From: Octopus vulgaris
Lineage: Eukaryota
Assembly (NCBI GenBank): GCA_951406725.2
Contig: OX597816.1
Span: 100,254,001-100,318,000, forward strand
Length of the DNA stretch: 64,000 nucleotides
Direction of reading: 5' to 3'
The translations under genes were made by a program, and so were the position numbers. The stretch's first letter is position 1. Each line of letters begins with the position of its first letter. Below the pieces are notes generated by a model. The model did not search any database and was not told the origin of the DNA. It saw nothing but the letters and a program-made list of their open reading frames with translations. Below, piece by piece: positions 1 through 12,344 of the stretch.

Positions 1-370
1 TACTTCCATTATTTATTTTCTTATGGTTATAGCCACAGTATTCTTTAAAGTGTTTATTGTTTCTTACATTATTTAATATTTACTTCTAAATTCTTTGAAG
101 ATTTGAATTTTAGCAGTCTACATTTAAAAAAAAATTTGACTTTTTTTTGTCATAATGCATATTGTACCATCTGTTTATTTTTTAGTTTTGATTCTTCTCC
201 AATATCTCACTTTGCACATTTCTACATTTTCATTTCGTGCACACTTTTCCTCTCTAAGTTTCTCATACCTCTGCACTTCACTTTCATATTTCAACATTTT
301 CATTGTCAATATCTGTTGTTGGGCTACTCATGGTTTCCTTATAACAGTTATTCTTTTATTGTTATTGGGC

Positions 371-1891
371 AACATACAGGGGGCTTCCATGGCGTACAGG
401 GAGGCTACGGTTTTGGTTCCCGCAATGAGGAGGGAACCAGACTACTAGAGTTCTGTGATGCAAATGATCTTATGGCTTGCAATACTAACTTCAGGAAACC
501 TGCCAGTCACCTAGTCACCTACTGTTCTGGCAGACACACTCACCAAATTGACTACATCCTTGCCAGAAAAAGGGAAAGATGGCTGCTTATAAATGCTAAA
601 ACCTTCCCAGGCAATGAATGTACCCCACAACATAGACAGGTAGTTAGTGACTTCAGGAGCAGGGCTAAATGGATGTCCAGAAGACGACCAGCATGGAGGA
701 GAAGGGTCTGGAAGCTTAAAGATCCTGCGAATGGACAGAGATTTAGAGATCTATTACTAGAAGCTTTTGACAAAATAGAAAGGGATATAGCTTCACACGA
801 TGTGGAAGTCAACTGGAGGTTTCTACGGGACAACCTGCTGAGGGCCACTGACCAGATCTGTGGATGATGCAAAGTCCCTTCTCGACCTAAAATAATGTGG
901 TGGTGGAACAATGTTGTTGACAGGGCTATTAGAGAAAAGAAACAGGCTTGGAAGGACTGGAAGAATGAGGGTTGTAAGGAATTGTATCAGACTACCAGAA
1001 GGGAAGCTAGGAGACAGGTTTATTTAGCCAGAGAGGAAGCAGATAAGAAAAAATTTGCCAATGTTCCGCACCATGAGGACCAAAGACTTGAGGTGCTTCG
1101 TGTTGCAAGACAGTGTGTGAAAGAGAATCATGATGTCATAGGAGAGAAATGGATCTGCATAGATGATGGTTCACTTGCACTTAACAAGGCTGCAAAGTGA
1201 GAGGTCTGGAGACGCTACTATGAAAGGTTGCTCAATAAAGAGAATAAATGGGAGAAAGAGAATCTGCTGAATGTCGACCCAACAGAGGGACCAGCTATCC
1301 AAATTGAGAGTACCTTCTAGATAAAGCAATTAAGAGTATGAAGACAGGGAAAGCCCCTGGCCCATCAGGAATCACCGCAAAGATGCTCAAAATATCTGGC
1401 GGTGTTGGCTATAGCCTCGTCACCTGTATAGTTAATCAGGTGATACATGAAGGAGTCATACCCAATGACTGGTGTAGCATCACCATAGTCAACTGCTACA
1501 AAGGTAAAGGTAATGCTTAAGATACAAATAATTACAGAGGTATCAAGTTGTTGGATCAGGTAATGAAGGTCACAGAGAGGGTCATAGCCCAACTAATTAG
1601 GGAAAGAGTCAGTTTAGATGAGATGCAGTTTGGGTTCATGTCAGAGAAAAGCAACACTGATGCTATATTTCTGCTAAGACAGCTGCAGGAGAAATACCTA
1701 GCCAAAGATAAACCTCTGTACCTGGCTTTCATTGACATGGAGAAAGCCTTTGACAGGGTCCCCCGATCCTTTATCTGGTGGCCAATGAGGAAACTAGGGA
1801 TAGATGAATGGTTAGTGAGAGCTGTACAAGCCATGTACAGGGATGCTGTCAGTAAGGTGAGGGTTGGCAACAAGTACAGTGAAGAGTTCAC
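371..1891 (+). mobile_element. RTE-clade LINE fragment (APE endonuclease C-half to RT N-half), disrupted and 3'-truncated
   Basis: ORF pieces: GGYGFGSRNEEGTRLLEFCDANDL..NTNFRK..QIDYIL (APE endonuclease), WWWNNVVDRAIREKKQAWK, MKTGKAPGPSGI, QFGFMSEKSNTDAIFLLRQLQEKY..AFIDMEKAFDRVPR (RT). Several stops and frameshifts; homology ends near EEF at about 1890. Confidence 0.92.
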
Positions 1892-2217
1892 AGCTAACTC
1901 CTTTATTTTTCTACACTTTCAATTCTTCCATTGTGTACTTTTTATAGAAAATCAACTTATATCCTATTTTTACTTTATATGATCATTTCACTTCATGTCA
2001 GTTGAATTTACTTACACAGCTCAGACACTTAAACAAACAGAAAAGTAGTGGTACCTAACAAGTTACATATCATGTCACTATATACATATCTATATAAGCT
2101 CTCACCTTCCCATTTTTAGAAATGTATCTTTTAGCATATATTTCACTGATATGTAATTGTCTACTTTTATAAATCTACCTGAGATCAAGGAATGCTCTTT
2201 TTTATGATATAAACAAT

Positions 2218-2440
2218 CATCATCATCATCATCATCGTAACATACATTTTCCCATGCTCGTTTGGGTCAAACAGAATATGTGGTGGTAGATTTTCTACAG
2301 CTAGATGCTCTTCCTGTTGCCAATGCTCACCAAGTAAGGTGATATTCCCACATTGCCAGACATATTTCCATGGAAGATTGGAAATGCAATACTGCTTATA
2401 TGAGGGTTGCACTCATTTATGACGATCATGCAATGTTAAG
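2218..2440 (-). mobile_element. Decayed RTE-tail-type SINE copy with (GAT)n tail
   Basis: catcatcatcatcg..ttttcccatgctcgtttgggtcaaacag..tttctacagctagatgctcttcc matches the reverse complement of the repeat at 40900-41057. Confidence 0.6.
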
Positions 2441-2489
2441 ACAAGGAGACACTAACATAGACACATACAGATGCATACATGTACATATA

Positions 2490-2595
2490 TATTCTTTCAG
2501 TTCTTTAGCCCAGGGCTATAGTAGAAGACACTTGTTCAAGGTGTCTGCTATGGAACAGAACATGAAACCATGTGGTTGGGAAGAAAGCTTCTTAG
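2490..2595 (-). mobile_element. tRNA-headed SINE fragment
   Basis: ggctatagtagaagacacttgttcaaggtg..aaaccatgtggttgggaagaaagcttctta is shared with the copy at about 55030-55105 and, inverted, with 47835-47940. Confidence 0.55.
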
Positions 2596-3179
2596 CTGAA
2601 ATAATTAAACTCACAATTAAAATAATTGACAATTTTTCTTTATTTTCTTTCAAATTTTGACATTGAAATAACTAAAATGTTAAAGAATTGAAAGTTCAAA
2701 CTAAATTTTGGTTTAATAATAGGTGGTGTACAAACATTTTAAAAGTATTGATTTGATTACCAAATATCTGAATATAGAGATTACACAAAAAGTGCCTTTT
2801 GAACAAAATTTCTGAAACATATTTGCCGTATGAAAGTTTTATGTAGGCCTATACAATTTGTTTAAATATACAACTAAATGAACCAGATACTAGAATAAAA
2901 TTAAAGATGATCTCAGAATGTGAAAAAAAAAAAAGAGTAGATCTTTTGTTTTGATATTTTCATTAGTATTATAAAGTTAAATATTCAACATGTATGTGTG
3001 TACAGTGTGTGTTTGTGCACATGCACACATGCATAAAATATGAGCTAAAGTATGTAGGCTATAACTACTTGAAGAAAAGACAATATACAGATCTTGACTG
3101 AGAAGATGGTGGCAAATTTGGGGACTTTTATGTTAACAGGGGAGAAAGAGCAATGTGCAAAGCTTTTACAAAACTACCT

Positions 3180-3475
3180 TATTACTGAGTTTGACGTGAC
3201 TGATATTCAACATGAACTGCTGTAGGTTCTTGCCTGTGGCAAAGCATATGCGGATAGTGGGTTCCAGAGAACTACAGTTTTGGATAGAAAGATTGAGAAA
3301 AGTGCTTCATGTCAGGTTTATGAGTTGTGACAAGTGATGGAGAGGCAGTTGCAGTTTGCTGGTTTAAAGAGCATGTATTTAATGTGAATGTAACAGAGAG
3401 AGAAAACAGTATATTTGTGAGCCAATGATTGTAGATTACTGGTGTATGTGAATCTTTATGAATCAGCTGGACATT
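3180..3475 (-). mobile_element. Highly decayed 3' end of a CR1/Jockey-group LINE
   Basis: Minus-strand translation includes IFLSKTVVLWNPL, resembling the SFFPRT..LWNSLP C-terminal motif of CR1-group ORF2. Confidence 0.4.
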
Positions 3476-3629
3476 TTATAATTTAAATATTTTATTTATT
3501 TATGTTTTTTTTATATGCTATCATATGTTTGTATATTTAGCAGATTTAAGAGCAAAACTCTACTCCTTGCACTTTGCATTCACATACATGTCACAAAGTT
3601 TTAAATATTTCAGTATGGATGACAGCCAC

Positions 3630-4298
3630 GATTGGCACTCTATTCAAGGCAGATTGAATGTCTATGTAGATACAGCTATGCTGCATGGCTGTGAAATGTG
3701 GGCTATGAGTACAGAGGACCTGTGAAGGTTTGAAAGAAATGAAGCCAGCATGCTCCACTAGATGGGTAATGTCACTGTGTATGTACAACAGTGTAAATTA
3801 TTTAAGAGAGAAAACTATAGTGGTATGGTCATGTGATGTGTATGAATGAGGACAGCTGCATAAAGAAGTGCTGATCTCTAATTGTGGAGGGAACCTATGC
3901 AAGGGGTAGACCAGAAAAATGTGAGACGAAGTGGTGAGAAAGGATTACTAAATGTTGGGCCTCACTGAGGAGATGATGAGGGACCAAGACTTCTGGTGAT
4001 CTGCTATGCTTGAGAAGACACATCAAGCTAAGTAAAACTGTGGTCATTCATACATACAGGCATGTCTTCTATGGTGTGTTCTGGCACCATGTAAAAAGCC
4101 CTCATGCCAGTGCCACATGAATGCACCCAGCACACTCTGTAAAGTAGCTGGCATTAAGAAGGGCATCCTGCAATAGAAACCATACCAAAACAGACATTTG
4201 GAGCCTGGGAGCTCTCTGGCAGGCCAGCTCCTGTCAAACAGTCCAACCCATGCTAGCATGGAAAACAGACTTTAAATGAGGATGATGATAATGATGAT
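3630..4298 (+). mobile_element. RTE LINE 3' end with 3' UTR and (GAT)n tail
   Basis: YVDTAMLHGCEMWAMSTEDL*RFERNEASML (RTE C-terminal MLxGSETW motif), decayed GRP..W region, then ccaacccatgctagcatggaaaacagactttaaatgaggatgatgataatgatgatg. Confidence 0.82.
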
Positions 4299-6263
4299 GT
4301 ATATGTATATATCTATACATATAAATTTGACATGGGCAATTCTTACTTGTCTTGGGATTCATGGTCAAACAGATGGGTGGAATTGCATGAAAAATTACAC
4401 CGATGTGATGAATGATCCAGTGGTGATGCTGAGCTTTGTATTTCTTCATAGCTTACATAGTTACCAGGATAATCTACCATAATAATACTCTTGTGTTTAT
4501 GAATGAGAAAGGAATGGGTGATAGATGGTTAAGGAAGGGGTGATGTCATACTTGGTAGTGTATGCTGAAAAAATTAATCAAACAGCATTTCAACTCTGTG
4601 AATATACGTGTGTGTATGTAAAAGAGGGGTAAGTGAGTGTGTGTGTGTGTACACGTGCATGCACAATGGAAGTGGGATGGTTCATCTTTGTTCGCTTAGT
4701 ATTTGGGTTTATTTTTTGATTTGGTTGAATCTTGGTTGTTTTTTTTTTTGTGTGGTCAGTTATTTTTAGCGTTTTGACAGAAAAAGGTCATTCTAAAATT
4801 ATGTTTTAATGTCAGCATGCCCAAACAAGTCGAATGCTTACACAGAGCAGGTTTTACAGCCACATCATCCAAACTGACCGAGTGAAAACGGGCTTAGCTG
4901 CTAGTATATATATATATATATATCATAATCATCATTTAGCATCTGTTTTCTGTACATACATATAAGTCAAATTTATTACTTCCTGGAGAACTGAAGCGAT
5001 ATTTACTGTTGACTAAGTCATGGTGTAGAAATTACTTATAGTTCTAGATCTCTCTGTAAACTTATGAAGTACTTGGCACTTACAGGTAGTACATAAAAAC
5101 CATTAAATATGTTATAGACAGTATTATTGGCATCAATACTTATTCATTTATTTCATATTGCATAATAAATTAGATACATAACTGATTACTCTTGATATTG
5201 TCCTGTTATAGATCTTTCACTTACACTGTTAAAATTCCTAACCTGTGCCAGTTAAGTAAACTGTAAATTTGCGATCATGCTTGATTAAAGTCTATTCTGA
5301 AACTTATCAGGTTTTAATAGATGATTTTTAAGACTCTAATGAACCAACTGCTCAGTTTTGTTCTTTAAATGGTTGTTCTTTGATATAAACTTGGCAAAAT
5401 TGTTAGAGAAGTTTTTTGGGGGTTTTTTCTATGTGTAGTAGGTAAAATTAGATGAGAAAATTCTGCTTTCTAATGACTTGCTTACATTAGAATATCTTGA
5501 AACCTGGCCTAGCCATGTGATCTGGATAATACTCAGTTCTCCATTTGCAAACTTCATCATTGTGAAAATCATAAAAATATTATATACATTGTAGTCTATA
5601 AGATTGCGTACACTGATATTTGTTGAATATAATATATTTAAATATTTGTATATGTTTGTGTATATATACATACACATACTTAACCACACACAGGCACACA
5701 CACAAATAATGTGTCCAACTAATCTTATTTATTATCATTTTTGTTATTAGTTTAGCTACTATGTAAGTCATAGCATTTATTTCCAAGGATTTCAAACATA
5801 ACTTATATAAATCTTGGGCTCACTGTTCTTTGTAATTCTGTTTGTTGTAGGTTTTCATAATTTGTGTATCTATTTCCATCATTAACTGCATTGTTGAAAT
5901 TGTCCATAGTTCAAGTGCTTCCTTGTAGAAAATAATAGTATTGATAACATTATTACTATTTCCATAGGATTCAGTGCTGAATTCTAGTTGTATATAATGC
6001 ACAGTATTAGCTCTAAGTACTGAAAGGAATATTTATAGACATCTTAAATTCTGTTTGCACTAAACAAATATGTACAATAAGAAGTATTGTCCACCCAGTT
6101 GATGTGGTGGATTTTTAATTTTCAGTATCAAAAGTCCTCTTTCTAAAAGCTTTGAACTTCAGAAGGCAGTTTATTAGAGATAGCAACTTTGATATCAGAA
6201 TCATTCTGAATGATGAAGTAACTCTTGCATCATGATACTTTCTACTGAGTTAAAAAAGAAGGG

Positions 6264-6500
6264 GATCCACTGTTTGATATATCCATAGAGAGCTACAATT
6301 TGGAAGAGATCAGTGACCTTTTTGGGTTGATTAACCTGGATATCCTAAATGACTGTACACATCTACACAGTTTGACTCTGTACATGGATGATCGCCTGAC
6401 AATCTTTGGAATAATTTTATAAGCATCCTCAAAGGTTTCAATCTAACTATAACTCTTACTATTGACAAATTAACAAAGGTCAACTTAGATGTGATCATAT
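6264..6500 (+). mobile_element. Penelope-like element reverse-transcriptase relic
   Basis: Frame from 6264 reads DPLFDISIESYNLEEISDLFGLINLDILND..LYMDDRL (YMDD at 6381-6392), matching the PLE RT pattern FDVxMGSYDGAEICELVGL..LYRDDGL; followed by a KGFNLTIT..LTKVN-like segment. Confidence 0.65.
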
Positions 6501-6699
6501 ACAGCAAGGCAGGTATGTGTCTGAGGTCACCACTCTTATGTAAATTTTGCAATTCCTTTGGCAAGACATTGAAAAGTTGAGGGCATTTGAACTCTTAAGC
6601 TATTGCAGGATGTGGTCTTGACTTTCAATAAGGAGAGTGAAACTTTTGGAGACTATGCAATGACAACTAGTTCAGGGATAGGTATATATATAAATGGAA

Positions 6700-6945
6700 A
6701 AAAAATGCAATAGAGGACATTAAAACATTTGGACAGATAGCCGATACAAAGGCAGACAAGAGAAACAACAATTAGAAGGACAGGCAAAAAAGACAGGTCA
6801 TTTGTGGCTTTCCTCTCAGTCCTTTCTGCTAAGCAGTGCAGGTTCAAAATGCCAAAGACTTTTCCATTCTCCCCAAGCATCAACCTAATACGCCTGTTTG
6901 TTCTTCCCTCACCCATCTTCGTCTTTTGCTTTCTGTAAATTTGAA

Positions 6946-6946
<1 letters not shown>
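6700..6946 (+). mobile_element. Decayed non-autonomous PLE-type repeat (same family as 16645-16830), 3' end abutting the TA array
   Basis: 6820-6945 aligns by eye with the reverse complement of 16645-16770 (cctttctg..aaagacttt..ctaatac..tcttcgtcttttg..tttc). The HHR core here is degenerate. Confidence 0.55.
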
Positions 6947-6994
<48 letters not shown>

Positions 6995-7032
6995 TACATG
7001 TATGTATGTATGTATGCATATATATATATGTA

Positions 7033-7076
<44 letters not shown>

Positions 7077-7159
7077 CATATATATATGTATATATATATA
7101 TATATATATACACACACATATGTATGTATGTATGTATGCTATATATATATATATGTATG

Positions 7160-7197
<38 letters not shown>

Positions 7198-7272
7198 ATG
7201 TATGTATGTATGTATATGTATGTATGTATGCATATATATATATGTATGCATATATATACATGTATGCATATG

Positions 7273-7319
<47 letters not shown>

Positions 7320-7450
7320 GTATGTATGTATGGATATATATGTATGTATGGATATGTATGTATGTATGGATATATATGTATGTATGGATATATATGTATG
7401 TATGCATATATATATGTATGTATGCATATATATATGTATGTATGCATATA

Positions 7451-7481
<31 letters not shown>

Positions 7482-7538
7482 GTTTGTAGGGTGGAGTCTT
7501 CGACTTGGCCTGAGCATGGACTCAAATGAAATGAAATG

Positions 7539-7591
<53 letters not shown>

Positions 7592-7600
7592 CACATATAC
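6947..7600. repeat. Compound (TA)n/(TATG)n microsatellite array with a ~60-bp unique insert at 7482-7541
   Basis: Directly visible. Confidence 0.97.
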
Positions 7601-10219
7601 ATATACTGAAGTTTGAAATTAGCATTTGGAAAATCTGTTAGATATATATAAATCACTGCATATCTTTCCCATCTTTTGTCTTAGTTGCTTAGTTGTTGCA
7701 TTGAAGATATTTTTTTCATGTAGCATCATTGTATTGCTTCGACATCTGCTGTTGGAGCATTAGAATTTGATGGCCATTGTTGTGAGCAGTAGTTCAGGCA
7801 GCTGAGGAGATATTCCACAAAAGCAGTTCCACAAAAAAGAGGACAATTATAATGTATAATTACTAAACCAATATTATCCTATTTTTTATTAATTGACAAG
7901 AGAGAGATGTGTGATAGTAGTGTTTTACTACAATATTAATCAAACAATAAAATGTTAGCATCACAAAGCCAAAATGACATGAAGCATCATCAACTGAAAC
8001 CAAAGTTCACATCATCTTGTACGACTGCCTGCAGAGTTTAGGTCACAAGAAAGCAGTGTTCATTAATGTTAATGCTCACTTCTAAAATATAACATGAATT
8101 TGGTTTGCACAAATGATAATATCGTCTGTATTTATCATCAACCTACCCTGTCTCTTCCTTATACTAAAAGCTATGTGGGATGTAGAGTGTGATTCTGGAG
8201 AGAAGTTCTTTTTGCTTTTTAATTTCTCTGAAACTGGAGATGTGGCACATGTCAAAAGTAGGTTTTAACATACCTGCCCACAGAGACTGTCTGTAGAAAA
8301 GCAGCAAGAGGCTATTTGCACTTATTTATAATTGCATTATCAGCTTACATTCACTATTTTCTAAGCTATAGTTCATTGTTAAGTTAATTTCAGATTAATT
8401 TGCTACCACTTTTAAATTAACAATGTTGGCAAAGTACAACTTTTCTGAACTTAGAAGTAAGTCCTTCTTTGGTAAGCAGCTACTTAAAAATCAACAATAT
8501 TTACTTCTAGAATGGCAAATAGACTGTCAGCAATGATTTCCTGAAAGTTGTTTCCCTTCATGTGAAACGCACTTATACCTATCCTCCTTTTTCCAGTGTG
8601 GAATATGCAATCATGGTTTATAGCACTTCATAAATAAGACTGGATCTATTTAATTGAAGTTTATTATTACATTTAGCAATTTTATGACTCTTAGCTTCTA
8701 TGTAACATCAGTTCTAGCAAGGTACAAATGAGACAATATCAAACTCCATACTATGCTTTCCCTTGAAAATTTTTGTCACTAGTATTATGTCAGAGACTAA
8801 GCCAGTGAATCCCTTGTTTTCACTGCAACATGACTTGTGACTGTCCACCTGAAATGAGCTGATTTAAAAATAGCCCATGGACTAGCAGGTAAATAGTTTT
8901 TAAAATAAGTTTGTTGTTGACACATCAACACATTTTTAACAAATGACATTAAAATCTAGAAATTAGTAAATTCTTATAGTGTGCATGTAGATATGCATTT
9001 GTATATATTTATGAAGTTATTTCATTAAAAGTTGGATACAACTTACCTTTCTATTTAGTTTAGTCTGCAGAATGTCTATGACCTCAGCCTTTTTTTTCAA
9101 AGATCTTCTCTAATTGAGCAGATCTTTGATAAAATATATTCTGTCCATGGTAAATGTGGTTTGTATATTTTGGATTACATGTGTATGCTCTTTATGAGAT
9201 TACAGAGTGTAATCTGGGAGAATTTGAATACTATTTCCTGCAAGTCAAGTATACAGACTCCTTTCTTGGTTTGTTTCAAATGTAGTTTACCAGTTTGGTC
9301 TTGTAACTATTGTTTAATAGGTTTTGCTTTATAAGCCACTTTTATCTATGTAGAATAAAGTGTACAAGGATAAGTGTGTTCTTCAGAATGAATTATTAGT
9401 AAGTATCACTGCCATCAGAATTAAGATCAAGACATTTATTCTGTTATAATTATCATCAATGTTGCTGCCTTAATCATCATTACTATGGTCACCACAGTCT
9501 CCTTCTTAATTTTTGTTTACCATTAAGATTGCTGATGCCATCAGTGATCACTTTAGATTATTAAATCTGAATAATTTGTTAATAACACTTAATTAATTAT
9601 GACATCATTAATATTAATACTGATGATTCAAATCATTTATATTTGACCTACATGTTTTAAATGTAGAACATGAAAGTTGAGACATTTTGTTGGATAATAA
9701 ATTGGAAAATTTTATTTCTATCTAAGTTTTTCTCATTCACTTTTGGATCTAATAATTGTAAATGATTTTAAGACCAGAATATAATAGTAGGCTATTGGCT
9801 GGTTGCTCCTAAAAATGAGACGCAATTATTTTCTCTGTGTTTTCTAACTAATATTTTTTAATATCTGCATTCATTATCTTAGAATTCATACAATTCTTGG
9901 GGATATATCGATATTAATGTCCTGTTTTGTTCTCTTTGATACTTTGTTTGCTGTCTTTATTTGCCATTTCTTAAAATATATTTTGATATTGTTTTTGATA
10001 TTATTTGTTTATGAATTATTTTTTATGATTTTTAATTTATGTTCACATGTTTATTTTATTAATATTTTGTTTATTTATAAATTATATAACCCCTTTCCTT
10101 ATCATTTATTTAATTTTATATTTTCATACAATAATAAATTTTTTTAAAAAGTGAGGTTATTTCTTTGAAAAAGAATTTTTGATGATTGCCATTTTGTTTT
10201 TCCCCCTTTGACCATTTAG

Positions 10220-10588
10220 TCTTTGAGTGACACTGTGAGACAGTTGGTTAAAGCTTTTAGCCAAAACAGTGGTCTGGCACATTCTGTACGTGTTCACTCT
10301 TGGAATCAACGTCATACAATAAGTGGTCATGAATTCTCCATGAGTTCAAGCAGCATAAGTACCAGAGTGACCAATGCTACTACTTCAACCATCACATCCA
10401 CCAATAATGCTGCTATAACTTTAGCAGCAAATAAATCCACCACTGCTGTTGCTACCACCACCACTACCACCACCACCATCGCAGCAACAACAACTACTGC
10501 TGATCTTAAACCTTCAACTGATGCTAAGTTAAGAAAAATAACTGAAGATAAGGCTTCAAGACACAGCATCTGTATAGATACAATTCTG
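10220..10588 (+). CDS. Probable internal coding exon (369 nt, phase 0-0) of an unidentified host gene; Ser/Thr/Ala-rich with a poly-Thr run
   Basis: Polypyrimidine tract and acceptor ttttgttttccccctttgaccatttag|TCT; 123 open codons SLSDTVRQLVKAFSQNSGLAHSVRVHSWNQRHTISGHEF..KASRHSICIDTIL; donor CTG|gtaggt; GC above flanks; no TE motif. Confidence 0.72.
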
Positions 10589-11033
10589 GTAGGTGAACAG
10601 CACATTACTTTCTCCTGCCTGAGAAATACCAGCATTCAATCATTCTGCATTGTGGCATATGTACCTTACCTATCAATACCTACCAATATTGTATCTGACA
10701 TACCTTTCCTTGACTCACAGATTCCCTAACATTAAAACTAAACATTTAAAATTTATAAGAAAAAAAAAGAAAAGATGAATTGATTCATGTTAGACATGGA
10801 TTTCAATTGTTTGGTTCTAACAATTTCTTCATATGATTTGGATTATTAACATGATGAAGTTCTTGCTTTGGATACATTTTACTTTTTGTTTAGTGGTGGT
10901 TTATGGTTTTCGTTTGGTTTCTTTGTTTCTGCTCATTTTCATTTCATTTCCTTTGTATTTCTGCATTTGACAACGCATGATCAGTTCATTTCATGTTAAT
11001 TTTTTCCTAACTATTGACATTATTTAAGGGTTG

Positions 11034-11036
11034 TTA

Positions 11037-11122
<86 letters not shown>
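11034..11122. repeat. (TAC)n trinucleotide microsatellite
   Basis: Directly visible. Confidence 0.95.
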
Positions 11123-11123
<1 letters not shown>

Positions 11124-12344
11124 ACATTCTAATAATTGTTTTATTTCATTCAGTTTGTTAATGTCTTTACTTCTAATCAAGCACAATACTGGCTAATAGT
11201 CACTAAATTTGAAACGTGCAATGAAAGCAATTTAGAAAAAAAATTGATTTTTATCATGCAAAAGCATTTATTATTTAGGTCACTTGCATTTGTATTTTCT
11301 TAATATTTTCCTAAAATCAATCTATGTCCAATAAACTGACAAAAGATGGGTAATAGAATGAAATTGCTTACTACTGGAACACATTAATTGGGAACACACA
11401 TTCTAGAACAACATGAATTATCAATTTATGTGTATCCCTAGTTAAATATTTAGAAAAATAACTATGATAACTACAGTAACTAAGTCATGTTACAGTTAAA
11501 TTATACAAAGACAATTATTTGTAATAATTCTAATCTACTGTAGCAAAACTGCATAAAGTATTCTGCTATAATGTTGTATTTGTATATTTCAAGTAGTTAA
11601 TTCTCTAACAAGGATGAAATACTCAGGTAGGTGACTATAGGTTAATGGATTGGGAGTAGAGTAAAAATACATTTGATGGATAGAATACCAGACCTTTGCA
11701 AATTAGTTCTGAGATATTTTGATATTAATTTCTTATAGTTAGATGAACTGACTCACCTAGAATAAATTTTTCTGCTCAGAAATACAATTAGAATCCTGCA
11801 TTGGATTTCATCTTGTGAATCATGGACTCTGAGTTTAGTAGTAGATGTATTTGGTCATTTTGACCTTTAATAATATATACTGAGCTGTGATATATCATCA
11901 TGATAGGCAAACTAAAGCTGTAAATATTACCTATCAATTATAAAAGTAAATTATTTCTAATTCAATATAAAAATACTAGAACCTACACTAAGTATTTACT
12001 CATGGCACATGACTGATTCTGATTATGTGGTATATTATTTAAGTTACTCAATCCTTACATAGATTGGATAGGTCATCTTCAACATAGTGTTATGTCACTT
12101 TTGTAAGGTTCAACCACTTCAGATCAACTTTCACAACTTTGTTCTGTCCTCATTGATCTTCCATTTCCATAGATTCCTTTCTCTTGGATCATTAATTAAT
12201 TCATTACTCACTTGTGATCCTCTATAAGCATCATGCCTTCTTTATCATCTCTCTAGTATACTATAATTGATTCTTTTTATAATCTAGTACGTAGTTTTGC
12301 TCTAAGTTTGTGCTCCTTCATTAGCATTGCCAATCCAGCAGAAA

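Noticed and set aside
103-370. Hydrophobic N-terminal part of ORF 103-867
   Set aside because: T-rich flank fused in frame to the RTE fragment; TE homology begins only at about 371.
7900-8890. Possible old DNA-transposon coding relic
   Set aside because: Sequence is complex, but I could not recover any diagnostic transposase motif.
9071-9149. Open frame between ctgcag and gtaaat (NVYDLSLFFQRSSLIEQIFDKIYSVH)
   Set aside because: Weak donor, no recognisable protein, and it overlaps a hairpin; compatible with chance.
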